DNA from: an uncultured Chroococcidiopsis sp.
GTDB taxonomy: Bacteria; Cyanobacteriota; Cyanobacteriia; Cyanobacteriales; Chroococcidiopsidaceae
DNA length: 64,000 bases
Direction: 5' to 3'
Assembly: GCA_964248365.1 (NCBI GenBank)
Contig: CAXTYC010000001.1
Location: 288,001-352,000 of the forward strand
The notes beneath the pieces are model-generated. The model made no database searches and was not told where the DNA came from. It saw only the letters and a program-made list of their open reading frames with translations. The position numbers and the translations under genes were made by a program. Numbering within the stretch: position 1 is the stretch's first letter; every line of letters starts with the position of its first letter. Positions 19,951 to 30,329 of this stretch are shown here, piece after piece.

Positions 19951-21090
19951 CTAATTACTCGTGGGACGATGAGGAGAACGATAGAACGGTTTGTTTACGA
20001 CGATCGCCGGATAAGTTTTGCCTCTGATTTCTACCTCTAACTCTTGTCCTAGCTGACTTAGCGCAGTGGGAACGTAGGCGAGGGCGATCGGATAACCTAG
20101 TGTAGGAGATATGGTTCCACTAGTAATTTCTCCCACAACTTTACCATCTGATAACACTTGGTAGCCGTGACGGGCAATATTACGCCCTTGCATTTGCAAC
20201 CCTACTAGTCGTCGCGTTACCTGGTGAGATTTTTGCTGTTCTAGAACGTCACGACCAATAAAATCACCTTTAGTGTCTAAATGAACTAGCCAGCCTAAAC
20301 CTGCTTCTAAGGGTGTGGTAGTTTCATCGATATCTTGTCCATAAAGTGCCATTGCTGCTTCTAGACGTAGAGTATCTCTGGCTCCTAGTCCGCAGGGAAC
20401 GACACCAGCTTTGAAGAGCGATCGCCACAATACTATCCCTACATCTGGAGCTACCATCACCTCAAACCCATCTTCACCTGTGTAACCAGTCCGAGCAATA
20501 AAACATGGTTGTCCTAGTACTGTTGTTTCTAGATGACCAAATGGTTTTACCTGTGTCAAGTCTTGCTCTACCAAAGTCTGGAGCATAGGGGCGGCTAGTG
20601 GTCCTTGTATGGCAATCAGTACTTGTTCACCTGAAATATCCTGCAAGCTTACCTTTTTCAAGTCGAGATGTTCTAGTAACCATGCCTTATCTTTAGCCGT
20701 AGTAGCAGCGTTAACAATCAAAACTCCCCGTTGCTCACCTGTAGCATCCGATCCTTGGTAATAGAAAATTATGTCATCAATAATGCCTGCTTGCTCGTTT
20801 AAGAAAACTGTATACTGTGCTTGTCCTGGCTGCAACCGACTTAGATCTGAGGGAACCAAAGTTTGAAGTTGAGAAATTAGGTAAGGCGATCGCAGGACAA
20901 ATTTACCCATGTGGGAAATATCAAACATTCCAGCCCCTGTTCTGACGGCTTCATGTTCGCGCCCAATGCCAACGAATTGTACAGGCATTTCCCAGCCCCC
21001 AAAGCTGGTTAGCCGCGCTTTCAGTTCTAAAGCCAGTTGATACAGAGGTGTCTGCAATGGGGATAGGGAAATTTCTTCTTTATTAGCCAC
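19951..21090 (-). CDS. gcvT: Glycine cleavage system aminomethyltransferase T
   Basis: FGGWEMPV, FDISHMG, RTGYTGEDGFE, ARDTLRLEA. Confidence 0.97.
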   Translation of the reverse strand: MANKEEISLSPLQTPLYQLALELKARLTSFGGWEMPVQFVGIGREHEAVRTGAGMFDISHMGKFVLRSPYLISQLQTLVPSDLSRLQPGQAQYTVFLNEQAGIIDDIIFYYQGSDATGEQRGVLIVNAATTAKDKAWLLEHLDLKKVSLQDISGEQVLIAIQGPLAAPMLQTLVEQDLTQVKPFGHLETTVLGQPCFIARTGYTGEDGFEVMVAPDVGIVLWRSLFKAGVVPCGLGARDTLRLEAAMALYGQDIDETTTPLEAGLGWLVHLDTKGDFIGRDVLEQQKSHQVTRRLVGLQMQGRNIARHGYQVLSDGKVVGEITSGTISPTLGYPIALAYVPTALSQLGQELEVEIRGKTYPAIVVNKPFYRSPHRPTSN

Positions 21091-21580
21091 AGATAGTTTT
21101 TAGTCGTAGGTGAACATCCTTGATATATTTTACCGAACCCAGGCAATTGGGTTAGCAGCTAGCGGTAAAACTGTATCAAAGCCATCTATCTTAAGTTATA
21201 AAATATTGATTTTTTATTTGAGCAGCTAAATTTATAATAATTCATTACTATTATCATTCTGATAATTTTTGTTTTTTGTAATTATTTTTACTTCTTTAAA
21301 ACGAGTTTACCGCTCAAAAAGTGAATTATATGCCTTAATTTATACATTAAATTTCTGATGAAAAATAGTTCTTTCAATCATTGCCTTATAGGTATTTTTT
21401 GTGTCAATTTTTGACATTGACTATTTGTAAAGAGATATTACAACTCCTCCACTCTTATCCGAAAATCGCAATTGTTATTTGTAGTTATTGCATGGAAAAT
21501 TGCCAGCATCACTGCATCATTCCTAAAAAGTTAGGAATGGCGTGTTTGTTTTGATGAGACAGCTTAACTAAAGCAATAAA

Positions 21581-22372
21581 ATGGCAAAAATCGACAACAA
21601 ATTATTTCAAGGATTGGGAAACGTGGTATTTATCATTGGTACAGAACTAGACGATACCTTAACTGGTACAAACCAAAACGACTTCATATTTGGTAGGGGT
21701 GGTAATGACACCCTATCCGGTCTTGAGGGTGACGACTTCTTAGATGGTGGAGATGGTAACGATAATATAAATGGCGGAAGTGGCAACAATATCATGTTTG
21801 GTGGGAATGGGAACGACAACGTGAGTACTTGGTATACGCATGAAGGTAACTTTATATTTGGCGGGAATGGTGACGACTTCTTAGGTGGTGGGTTTGGTGA
21901 AGACAGTGTGTATGGCGAGAATGGTAACGATAACTTATATGGTTATTACGGTAATGACATTTTAGATGGAGGTGCTGGAAATGACACAATTCAAGGCTCT
22001 ATGAACAACACTCCACTAAATGAAATTGATCGCCTGACTGGGGGAACTGGAGCAGATACCTTCGCCCTTCATTTTCTCACTCCTGGTGGCGAGGCTCTCT
22101 CCTATAAAGGCGACAACAGTAACTATGCTTTAATCACTGACTTTAATAAGAACGAGGATACGATTGAACTAACAAGTTCTGAAAACCCTATTAAGTATGA
22201 TTTATCTCCTGTAAAAGCTCAATATAGCTTGGGTGCAGCGCCATCCGGTTTACCCAAAGGTACTGGCATATATCTTAACCCCCAGGGAGAACAACCAGAT
22301 TTAATAGCTATCTTGCAAGATGTCGATCCAAACTCTGTGAGTCTTTCTGAATCATACTTCCAATTTGTTTAG
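21581..22372 (+). CDS. RTX calcium-binding repeat protein, paralog 2
   Basis: GGxGxD repeats; same C-terminal domain as paralog 1. Confidence 0.88.
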   Translation: MAKIDNKLFQGLGNVVFIIGTELDDTLTGTNQNDFIFGRGGNDTLSGLEGDDFLDGGDGNDNINGGSGNNIMFGGNGNDNVSTWYTHEGNFIFGGNGDDFLGGGFGEDSVYGENGNDNLYGYYGNDILDGGAGNDTIQGSMNNTPLNEIDRLTGGTGADTFALHFLTPGGEALSYKGDNSNYALITDFNKNEDTIELTSSENPIKYDLSPVKAQYSLGAAPSGLPKGTGIYLNPQGEQPDLIAILQDVDPNSVSLSESYFQFV

Positions 22373-22803
22373 AACTTATATATAAAACATTTGGTAGTAA
22401 TCAGAACATAGCAGTAATAGTGAAACAGCAGGCGATCGCGTGGGTCAGTATTGCGATCGCTTGTTTGTAGAGTCATGTTAGGAAAATTTGACAAACTAAA
22501 ATTCTGTATCATTTGAATCTTCAACTACACCAAGTTTAATAAACTTCTAGCAGTGGTGTAGAGGTGAATAGCATGGTTGAAATAATACTTTGGATGCCTT
22601 AAACACTGAAGGCAGATAGCAGCTTTACCATACCTAATTTATACGGCTTTATACAGCGGTCATTTTAGACTGTTAAGTTACTACTTTAGTTATAGCTTGA
22701 GCAGGAGCATGACCGTCCAAATTTCTTCTGGGTTTCAACGTGCTGTACCCTGCACCAGTATCAACTACAAACTATACCACATTAGTTTTTTGGAGTAGTC
22801 AAC

Positions 22804-23571
22804 ATGGCAGTAATTAGGGGTACTGATGGCAACGACATCTTAAGAGGTGGAGCAGAAAACGATACCATCCTTGGATTAAGTGGGGATGACTATTTAGATG
22901 GCGCTGGTGGTGACGATCAGTTATAGGGTGGAGATGATAACGATGCCTTATTTGGCGACAGTGGTAACGACAGCTTAAAAGGCGGGAACGGTAATGACGA
23001 GTTGTGGGGTTTATTTGACAACGATGACTTAAACGGTGGAGATGGAGACGACAACTTATATGGCGGTACTGAAAACGACAGCTTAAAGGGTGGGGATGGA
23101 AAAGACAGGTTGTTTGGGGGATCTGGTAATAACTCCTTATTTGGCGGCGATGGCGATGACACGCTCAACGGCATTGGATTTAACCAACCACCGACAACTG
23201 GTGCGGCTGGCTCCGATCCCTCATCATCAATTGATGTACTTAGAGGCGGCAAGGGGGCAGATACCTTCCTTCTTGGAGGTACAATTGCTGGACGATCGTT
23301 CGGAGCTTTCTATGTAACGGCTGGTAATGCAGACTACGCTTTGATGACTGACTTCAACAAAAGCGAGGATAAAATCTCACTCGCAAAAGAGCAGCGCATC
23401 TATTTGCAAGAACCAGTAACAATTGAATATAGCTTGGGTGCATCCCCTAGCGGTTTGCCATCAGGAACAGCAATATTTGCTAACAACCTTGGCGCAAAGC
23501 CTGAGCTAATTGCAATTTTGCAAGGTGTTTCTCCAGAGTCTTTGAGTCTTTCACCAGACTACTTCATATAG
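22804..23571 (+). pseudogene. RTX calcium-binding protein, paralog 3, interrupted by an in-frame TAG (22924-22926)
   Basis: GGAG SD + ATG at 22804 (MAVIRGTDGNDILRGG...DDQL*GGDDND); same frame continues into ORF 23002-23571. Confidence 0.85.
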
Positions 23572-23655
23572 AACCCCTAGTTCAATATTGTTCCAGAGCA
23601 ATAGACCATAAGAAAACAGTAGGCAATCTGGTACAGCCAGACTGCCTTTTTATGT

Positions 23656-24561
23656 TTACGCTGGATTATTTGGGGAATATTCCCCAAATCGCCAGCGCAA
23701 CGGACTAGCATCAGTAATGAACAATACCTGTTCAATTTGAAACGCTACTAAACGCTCAGCCCCAACAATTTCCGCCACACGTTCTGCATTCCAAATAATA
23801 TTAGCTCTACCTGTCAGTTGTAGAGTACTACCACGTTCAAAATCAATGAATAGTAAACCTATGTGGGGATTTACAGAAATGTTGCCCAGAGTATTGAACA
23901 TATTATTTCCGGCATAATCAGGAAATATTAGATCGGTGTCATTCTCAACATGGATAAAACCTGGATACCCGCCGCGATGGGATGCATCAGCACCACCTTC
24001 AGGATGATAACTGGCAATGAAGAATGTATCTGTATGTGCAATCCACTGCTGCTGTTGGCTGGTGAGAATTTTCGTATGTTCGATTGATGGCAATGTTTGC
24101 ACTTTAGTGTCGGTATTCAATTGACGTAACTGGATGTACTTGGGACAGTTGAAATAAACCTGTTTGGTATGCACGTAAATGCTACCATCAGGATTAATTT
24201 CAGCTTTGCCATTTATCCGTACCCGTCGTCTACTAGCCAGATCGATTACGAGAATACCAATATCATTTTGTTGTAGCAGGTTTTCTCTGTGCGGATCGAC
24301 CTGCACTGAAGTTGCATTTATCTGCACTGTCTGTTCAGATATTGCCTGTACAAAACCACTTTCACCAGTCAATAGCGATGCCCATACTTGATCGCCCGTT
24401 CCTACAGTACTGGCGATCGCTAATCTTTGGCTACTCAAGAAGTCTTGCACAGCTGGAGGAATGCTTGAATTTATCAACTTGACTAAGCGATCGGCTTGTG
24501 CTTGCACTCCAGCCATAGCTTGAACTGCCAGTTCTCCTGCATGATATACGGATGATGTCAT
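23656..24561 (-). CDS. Pyridoxamine 5'-phosphate oxidase-like FMN-binding protein
   Basis: YHAGE, NCPKYIQ, DASHRGG, FPDYAGNNMFNTLGN. Confidence 0.88.
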   Translation of the reverse strand: MTSSVYHAGELAVQAMAGVQAQADRLVKLINSSIPPAVQDFLSSQRLAIASTVGTGDQVWASLLTGESGFVQAISEQTVQINATSVQVDPHRENLLQQNDIGILVIDLASRRRVRINGKAEINPDGSIYVHTKQVYFNCPKYIQLRQLNTDTKVQTLPSIEHTKILTSQQQQWIAHTDTFFIASYHPEGGADASHRGGYPGFIHVENDTDLIFPDYAGNNMFNTLGNISVNPHIGLLFIDFERGSTLQLTGRANIIWNAERVAEIVGAERLVAFQIEQVLFITDASPLRWRFGEYSPNNPA

Positions 24562-24600
24562 AACTCCTCCTATTTTGGGTTCACAAGCGTTTGTATGTAC

Positions 24601-24750
24601 CTATAACCCAGGCATACTGACGTAACGAAGAAGTTGCTTAATTCTTTCAATCCAAGCATTTACATGGGGATAATCTGCCTGGGAAATCTTGCCATCCGCT
24701 CGCCGTCCAACATAGGGAAAGCAGGTTATGTCTGCAATGGTTGGGCGCTT
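24601..24750 (-). pseudogene. C-terminal remnant of a glutathione S-transferase
   Basis: Minus strand reads KRPTIADITCFPYVGRRADGKISQADYPHVNAWIERIKQLLRYVSMPGL*; no N-terminal domain upstream. Confidence 0.75.
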
Positions 24751-24907
24751 GATGATACTACACCCTTTGAGCGTGTGCTTAAGCGCTTACCAGAGGAGCT
24801 GTTGAAAGGATGAAGGATGTAGGCTTCGCCTTCCCCAAGGGTAGAATCAAGTGTGAAATTTTAACCTTTATACTTTAACCTTTACCCTTTAACCTTTAAC
24901 CTTTCCC

Positions 24908-25501
24908 CTATTCCCTACTAAGTGCTTGTTCGACAAACATGAGGCGATCGCTACCCCAATACATTTCATCGCCGACAAAGAACGTCGGCACTCCAAAAAC
25001 TCCACGCGAAGCCGCTGACGTAGTTTCGGCATCAACACGCCCCAGCATAGCAGGATCTTTCGCCGCCCCGCCAACCGCCCCCGCATCCAGTCCAATTTTA
25101 CTAGCAAGGTTTCCTAGTACCTGTGGATCGGCAATGTCTTGATCTTCGACAAAGTAAGCTTGAAACACTGCATCGACAAACTGCGGTAACTTGCCTTCCC
25201 TTTGAGCTATTATTGCACCCGCCGCACCTGGGGCGCTACTTGTTTTAGGAAAACCTGACGGTAGTTTGAAGGGAATATCATAATACTTGCACCAATCTTG
25301 CAAATCCTTGCCCAAATACTTAGCTTTGGCTGGTATAGTGATAGGACCTGGGTTACTTGCAAGTTTAAATAACTTGTGGTGATCAAGCAAGTGATAGGCG
25401 ATGCTTGATTTCGTTCGTTCTGCTAAAGCTGCAAGCTGAGTCTGGGCAATGTAAGAAAAAGGACTGATCAGGCTGATATATACGTCTAATGTTTTGCTCA
25501 T
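24908..25501 (-). CDS. 2-hydroxychromene-2-carboxylate isomerase / kappa-GST (DsbA family)
   Basis: ISPFSY, GVFGVPTFFV, YWGSDR. Confidence 0.88.
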   Translation of the reverse strand: MSKTLDVYISLISPFSYIAQTQLAALAERTKSSIAYHLLDHHKLFKLASNPGPITIPAKAKYLGKDLQDWCKYYDIPFKLPSGFPKTSSAPGAAGAIIAQREGKLPQFVDAVFQAYFVEDQDIADPQVLGNLASKIGLDAGAVGGAAKDPAMLGRVDAETTSAASRGVFGVPTFFVGDEMYWGSDRLMFVEQALSRE

Positions 25502-25714
25502 TGTTACCTCGTTTAGCTAATAGCTGTTAGCTGTTAGTAAGCTGAAAAACATTCAATTTTTCACTTTATTTAAGTGAATCTCTTGTCTAGTAGGCATCCT
25601 GCCTGTCCGATCATGTAAGTTAGATGTGCAACAGCTTAGATCTTCTTTGGAGCTAGCTTTTTTGGATCTTTAATCCGAGAGCGTGACAATTGTATTACTA
25701 CTCGCTAATAGCTT

Positions 25715-26599
25715 TTAGGTTGTTTTAAGCCACTTGGCTAAAAATTCTTTTCCCTTTTCCTCTCCATGCTGATATACTGCTAATAACCATTCTGCCGTCG
25801 CATCGGTAAAATCAACTCCTAACTCCTTCAAATCGAAATCTGGCTGAATAATGTGAATTGGGACTCCCTGAAAATTGCTAGGAATCTCCTCTATTTGAAA
25901 CAAATCGTGATACAATATACCTGGTTCTGTAGCAATAGCAATAACTTCTTTGTATCCCCGTTCTGCCATTTCCACTGCTGGACATGAACAGGTATAAGAA
26001 GCATCTACATAAGGGTGTCCTGCTATCCAAGCAGGGATGTTCCAAGCATGAAGCATACGAGTAGAAGCATAAGCAACCTCTTCAAAGTTCTTGGCATCAA
26101 GGCGCAACTTTCCACTAGTGTCTGCACTGTTGAATAATGCTAGCTGCAAATGTTCATCTACCCAAGTGCGGTCTTTCCGACCAGCAGATACCAGTAAGCG
26201 TCGTCCTAAGCGTTTGCTTTGCGAACCTTGGGTTTGCTCGGCGGCTTCGCGGGTAATTACGGCACTCGTAGCAATGAAAAATTGCGGGTTTCCTGGCTCG
26301 CACAATCGGTTAAGTCCAAGAGAAACTAAATCAGCAATACTCTGGAGTACCATTTGACTCATGCCACTACCTGGTTGTTTGAGTACCTGCAATGCCTTTA
26401 GCCACCAGCTGACACTAGCCTCTTTCACCCTACCCATTGCAGCGATCGCACAAGGGAAAACAGAGGAAGATGCAGCCCAATAGGCATTCGCTCGGATTGA
26501 GGCTACTTCAAATGCACTTAAAACACCGTTAGCAAAAGCACCTTTGAAACTACCAGAAGCACAGGTGATCGCTAAATTCTGAGAACTTGGTTTTGTCAT
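25715..26599 (-). CDS. Divergent patatin-like phospholipase fold protein
   Basis: ASGSFKGAF (oxyanion-like), AASSS (GxSxG-like), YVDAS (DGG-like). Confidence 0.55.
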   Translation of the reverse strand: MTKPSSQNLAITCASGSFKGAFANGVLSAFEVASIRANAYWAASSSVFPCAIAAMGRVKEASVSWWLKALQVLKQPGSGMSQMVLQSIADLVSLGLNRLCEPGNPQFFIATSAVITREAAEQTQGSQSKRLGRRLLVSAGRKDRTWVDEHLQLALFNSADTSGKLRLDAKNFEEVAYASTRMLHAWNIPAWIAGHPYVDASYTCSCPAVEMAERGYKEVIAIATEPGILYHDLFQIEEIPSNFQGVPIHIIQPDFDLKELGVDFTDATAEWLLAVYQHGEEKGKEFLAKWLKTT

Positions 26600-26673
26600 T
26601 GATCAACACCTGAGATCTAAGAGAGTAAAATTAACACTTACCCAACTATCTGATAGAGAACTTTATCATTTTT

Positions 26674-26689
26674 AAGACCGTTCGGTCTT
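26674..26689. promoter_or_regulatory. Putative TetR operator AAGACCGTTCGGTCTT
   Basis: Near-perfect palindrome upstream of 25715-26599; variant CAAACCGATTGGTCTG at 27340-27355 upstream of tetR. Confidence 0.65.
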
Positions 26690-26731
26690 CTACCAATCAA
26701 AAAAATTTATTTAGAAAGAACTTATCTTAAT

Positions 26732-27325
26732 CTATACACGCAAGTGATTTTCAATATATTCGTTCAAATGGTTAATTGCTCGTTCTAGATGAATAGGATT
26801 TCCATACAGCTTACTCATCATTACAGCTCCTTCTAGGGTTGAAATCATGATAGTTGCAACCGTATCCGCTTCTACATTTGAGCGAATTTCACCCTGGGAA
26901 ATTCCTTTATTGATCGCGCGACAAATTAGGTTACGCCAAGCATCCATTGCTTTTTGGACGCGATCGCGTAAAGCTGGGTTAGCATCATCACTTTCAACAG
27001 CAGTATTGAGAATTGGACATCCGCCAGCAAGCGGCGGATTATCTATATAACTATGAAATACAGATAGTATTGCTTGTAGGCGTTCAATGGCATTATGTTT
27101 GCCTTTGAGCGCAATTAGGAAACGTTTACTAACACCTTGAGAGGCAAAGTCAAATGCTGCTAAAGCTAACTCTTGCTTACTTTGGAAATGGTTGTAAATT
27201 CCTCCTTTTTGTAATCGGGTAGCGCGCATAATGTCCGAAATAGACGAACCAGCATAACCTTGTTGATTAAACAGTTCGGCGGCTTGTTTAATAATTTTTT
27301 CCTTTGTTTCTTTAGCCTTGGACAT
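26732..27325 (-). CDS. TetR/AcrR family regulator
   Basis: HTH SISDIMRATRLQKGGIYNHF; GGCPILN C-terminal domain. Confidence 0.93.
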   Translation of the reverse strand: MSKAKETKEKIIKQAAELFNQQGYAGSSISDIMRATRLQKGGIYNHFQSKQELALAAFDFASQGVSKRFLIALKGKHNAIERLQAILSVFHSYIDNPPLAGGCPILNTAVESDDANPALRDRVQKAMDAWRNLICRAINKGISQGEIRSNVEADTVATIMISTLEGAVMMSKLYGNPIHLERAINHLNEYIENHLRV

Positions 27326-27401
27326 TAAAAAGCACTAATCAAACCGATTGGTCTGAAGTATAACATAATAATTGTAAGCAGCGCAATCATCAGTTACCAG
27401 T

Positions 27402-27508
27402 TAAGTACAACGACATAAATAAACAGCAGACCGTGTGTTGTCGGAGTCTTTAGTGCATCTAGGGTTATCTAGTTTGACGTGGGCTGTTTATTTAAGAGTT
27501 TCTGCTTA
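27402..27508. mobile_element. Short MITE-like element inserted in a (CAGTTAC)n tract
   Basis: Inverted TAAATAAACAGC (27416-27427) / GCTGTTTATTTA (27483-27494); STRR present on both sides. Confidence 0.55.
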
Positions 27509-27557
27509 CCAGTTACCAGTTACCAGTGCTAAAAGTTAAAAGCTACTGGCTAATTGT

Positions 27558-28301
27558 TCATTCACTCCCTGGTTCAACTTGAGAGCGAGAAGGCGCATTG
27601 CTCAGTGCGAGAAAAGCGACCCTGGCGGCGGCTTGTTCAGCTGCCTTAATTGAGCGTCCTGTACCCCCACCGAGCAGCTGACCTTTGAGCCAAACTTCAG
27701 CGGTAAAACGGTCAGAAAGACTGTGAGGACCAGGAGTTTCCTGAACCCGATATTCTGGCAAAACCTTTAAGTGTCCTTGAGTCCATTCTTGTAGGGCAGC
27801 TTTGTAGTTAAGTCGGGCAGGGTCAGAGCGAATTTGGGTAGCTAACCGTTTAAAATGAGGATCTAGCCAAGGGCGGATAAGTTCTAGAGTGTGGGTACTG
27901 AGGTAGAGAGCGCCTAGAACGGCTTCAAAAGCATCTGCTAGCCTGGTTTCCTGACCAGCTTGATCTGTAGCAGTACTACTAGAAACGAGTAGGTAGAGTT
28001 CCAAGCCGTATTCATCTGCCAATTGAGCAAGAATGCGATCGCTCACCAAAACCGAACGAATTGCGGCAAATTCACCTACAGGACAATCGGGATAAGTTTC
28101 CCATAAAATCTCAGCCGCTACTAGCCGTACTACGGCATCGCCCACAAACTCCAGCTGCTCATAGTTTGTCTGGGGTGAGACAGTCGGATGAGTCAACGCT
28201 AGATCAAGCAACCGCCATTGAATTGACGCTTGTGCGGGCAACCCTAATCTATTCACCAAACTTTGCAGTTGCTTTTGACGACGGGGATAACTCAGAGTCA
28301 T
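27558..28301 (-). CDS. rnc: Ribonuclease III
   Basis: NYEQLEFVGDAVV, ADAFEAVLGA, C-terminal dsRBD. Confidence 0.93.
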   Translation of the reverse strand: MTLSYPRRQKQLQSLVNRLGLPAQASIQWRLLDLALTHPTVSPQTNYEQLEFVGDAVVRLVAAEILWETYPDCPVGEFAAIRSVLVSDRILAQLADEYGLELYLLVSSSTATDQAGQETRLADAFEAVLGALYLSTHTLELIRPWLDPHFKRLATQIRSDPARLNYKAALQEWTQGHLKVLPEYRVQETPGPHSLSDRFTAEVWLKGQLLGGGTGRSIKAAEQAAARVAFLALSNAPSRSQVEPGSE

Positions 28302-28408
28302 AATCAATTATCAATTATCAATTACCACTTATTCATTGCTGATTGTTCATTGATAATTGTTTTCCCTTTTCCCTTTTCCCTAACTTAAAGGACAATTGAC
28401 AAAAATGA

Positions 28409-28862
28409 GGAGAGAGTCGGACATAAGCCGGGTTCTGTTTTTTTAGCTGACGTGCAGCTAAAAAGGCAGTTATCTATCTGGGACGCTTGTTACCAAACGC
28501 CTCTAGCGGCTCTAGCGATCGCGGAACTGGTAAAAGACCAACCGTAGTTCCTTTGACCTTGCTCCCAACCGGGGTTTACCGAGCCAGCGCCTCTCGACGC
28601 TGCTGGTGCGCTCTTACCGCACCTTTGCACCCTTACCTCTAGAGGCGAGGGGCGCTCGTGCGAGAGGCGAGAGGAATTATTTCAGCCTCTTACCTCCTGC
28701 CTCGTGCCTCGTGCCTGCAAAGGCGGTATGTTTCTGTGGCACTATCCTCACGATCGCTCGCACTGGGCGTTACCCAGCAAGTTTGGTCTTTCGGAAGCCC
28801 GGACTTTCCTCAGACTGTGTTGCTTTAACACAGTCTGCAACTGCCTGCGCCTACTCTCTCCC
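28409..28862 (-). ncRNA. rnpB: RNase P RNA (type A) with repeat-expanded helix
   Basis: Minus strand carries GAGGAAAGTCCGGGC, AGTGCCACAGAAA, AACAGAACCCGGCTTA; complementary termini (P1). Confidence 0.95.
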
Positions 28863-28903
28863 TAGATCCAGTTTAGTCTTGGATGGCATGATTTTAATAG
28901 TGA

Positions 28904-30124
28904 TTAACGTGGCGCTCGCTCAATGCGCCCCTTTCCCCTGCTGGGAGTAGTAATATTAGTTTTACTTATATCGGTTTGGTTTGCATCATCTGCGATTGTG
29001 GAGAAGTTTTCAAACCAACCACGCCGCCAGAAGAAATAAACCAATCCCCCTGCGATCGCTATCATAGTTGCCCAACAAAGTGGATAACCCCAATACCAAT
29101 TCAACTCAGGCATATTCAAGGGTGACTTTTCTGTATTAAAGTTCATGCCATACACCCCAGCAATAAAAGTCAGGGGAATAAATATCGACGAAATCACCGT
29201 CAGCAACTTCATAATCTCATTCATCCTGTTACCAACGGCTGACAAATAGACATCCATCAAACCCGAAGCTAATTCCCGATAGGTTTCTACCATATCCAGA
29301 ACTTGGACGGCATGATCGTAACAGTCTCGCAAATAAACTCTCACATGATCGCTGATGATATCGCTACCATCTCGGATTAGAGAATTAATCGCATCCCGTT
29401 GGGGCCAGATAGCACGGCGCAGAGTTAGTAACTCGCGCCTAACTCGATAAATTTTTTCCAAAGTCTGCCTAGTTGGGTTAGTTACTACTTCTTCCTCTAA
29501 ATCTTCTATGTGTTCACCATAAGCTTCCAGAACGGGGAAAAAACCATCAATAATCGAATCTATCAGCGTATACGCTAAATAATCCGCTCCATGCTTGCGG
29601 AGAGTTCCTTTATTATTGCGAATCCGCATCCGTACTTGTTCAAAGCAATCATGCTCTGGCTCTTCCTGTACTGTTAACAGGTAATGTTCCCCTAACACAA
29701 AACTCACTTGCTCACTATAGAAACCCCTTCCGCTTTCTTTTGGTAACACCATGCGAGTAATAATTACTAATTGGTCTTCGTATTCCTCCAGCTTGGGACG
29801 CTGGGGAACATTGACCACATCTTCTAGAACCAGGGGATGCAACTTAAAAACTTGACCTAGCCGTTGCAAAATATTTTCACTGCCTAAGCCTTGCACATCC
29901 ACCCAAGAAACAGAATCGCTATCTAAGTAAGGAAGACATTCTTCCGGTGTCGCCAATTGCTTGCGAGTGACATTAGTTTGGTTGTAGTCAATTAATATAA
30001 TGTCTGGTGGTGTAGCATCTGGCTCGATGCTCAGGGTTCCTGGCAAACTACCTGGTTCGTCATAGAAGTAATCTTCGCGTGGTCTGGTAGTTTTTTTAAA
30101 AGGGCGAAAATGTATTTTTGTCAT
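28904..30124 (-). CDS. corA: Magnesium/cobalt transporter CorA
   Basis: GVYGMNF signature, MPEL, two C-terminal TM helices. Confidence 0.95.
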   Translation of the reverse strand: MTKIHFRPFKKTTRPREDYFYDEPGSLPGTLSIEPDATPPDIILIDYNQTNVTRKQLATPEECLPYLDSDSVSWVDVQGLGSENILQRLGQVFKLHPLVLEDVVNVPQRPKLEEYEDQLVIITRMVLPKESGRGFYSEQVSFVLGEHYLLTVQEEPEHDCFEQVRMRIRNNKGTLRKHGADYLAYTLIDSIIDGFFPVLEAYGEHIEDLEEEVVTNPTRQTLEKIYRVRRELLTLRRAIWPQRDAINSLIRDGSDIISDHVRVYLRDCYDHAVQVLDMVETYRELASGLMDVYLSAVGNRMNEIMKLLTVISSIFIPLTFIAGVYGMNFNTEKSPLNMPELNWYWGYPLCWATMIAIAGGLVYFFWRRGWFENFSTIADDANQTDISKTNITTPSRGKGRIERAPR

Positions 30125-30329
30125 CAGTTAGGCTGAGGAAAGAGTATAGCCTGGGGTTTTAACCCCAGGAAGAAGTAGAAAAGTAGCGAAAAATTACAAT
30201 TTACAGCTAAAAGCTACTCGCTAAAAGCTAAAAGCTAATTGCTTTGAGCCAGGTGACAATACACTTTGCCTTGATATTTTCATCAACCTCTGCTCCAGCT
30301 ACATGACTAACTGCTTCAAAAGCTGGACA

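Noticed and set aside
21091..21300. Glycine riboswitch upstream of gcvT
   Set aside because: No recognisable aptamer motifs (GGAGA...CCGAAG...CTCTCAGG) on the minus strand.
28606..28950. 114-aa ORF on the + strand
   Set aside because: Antisense to rnpB; spurious.
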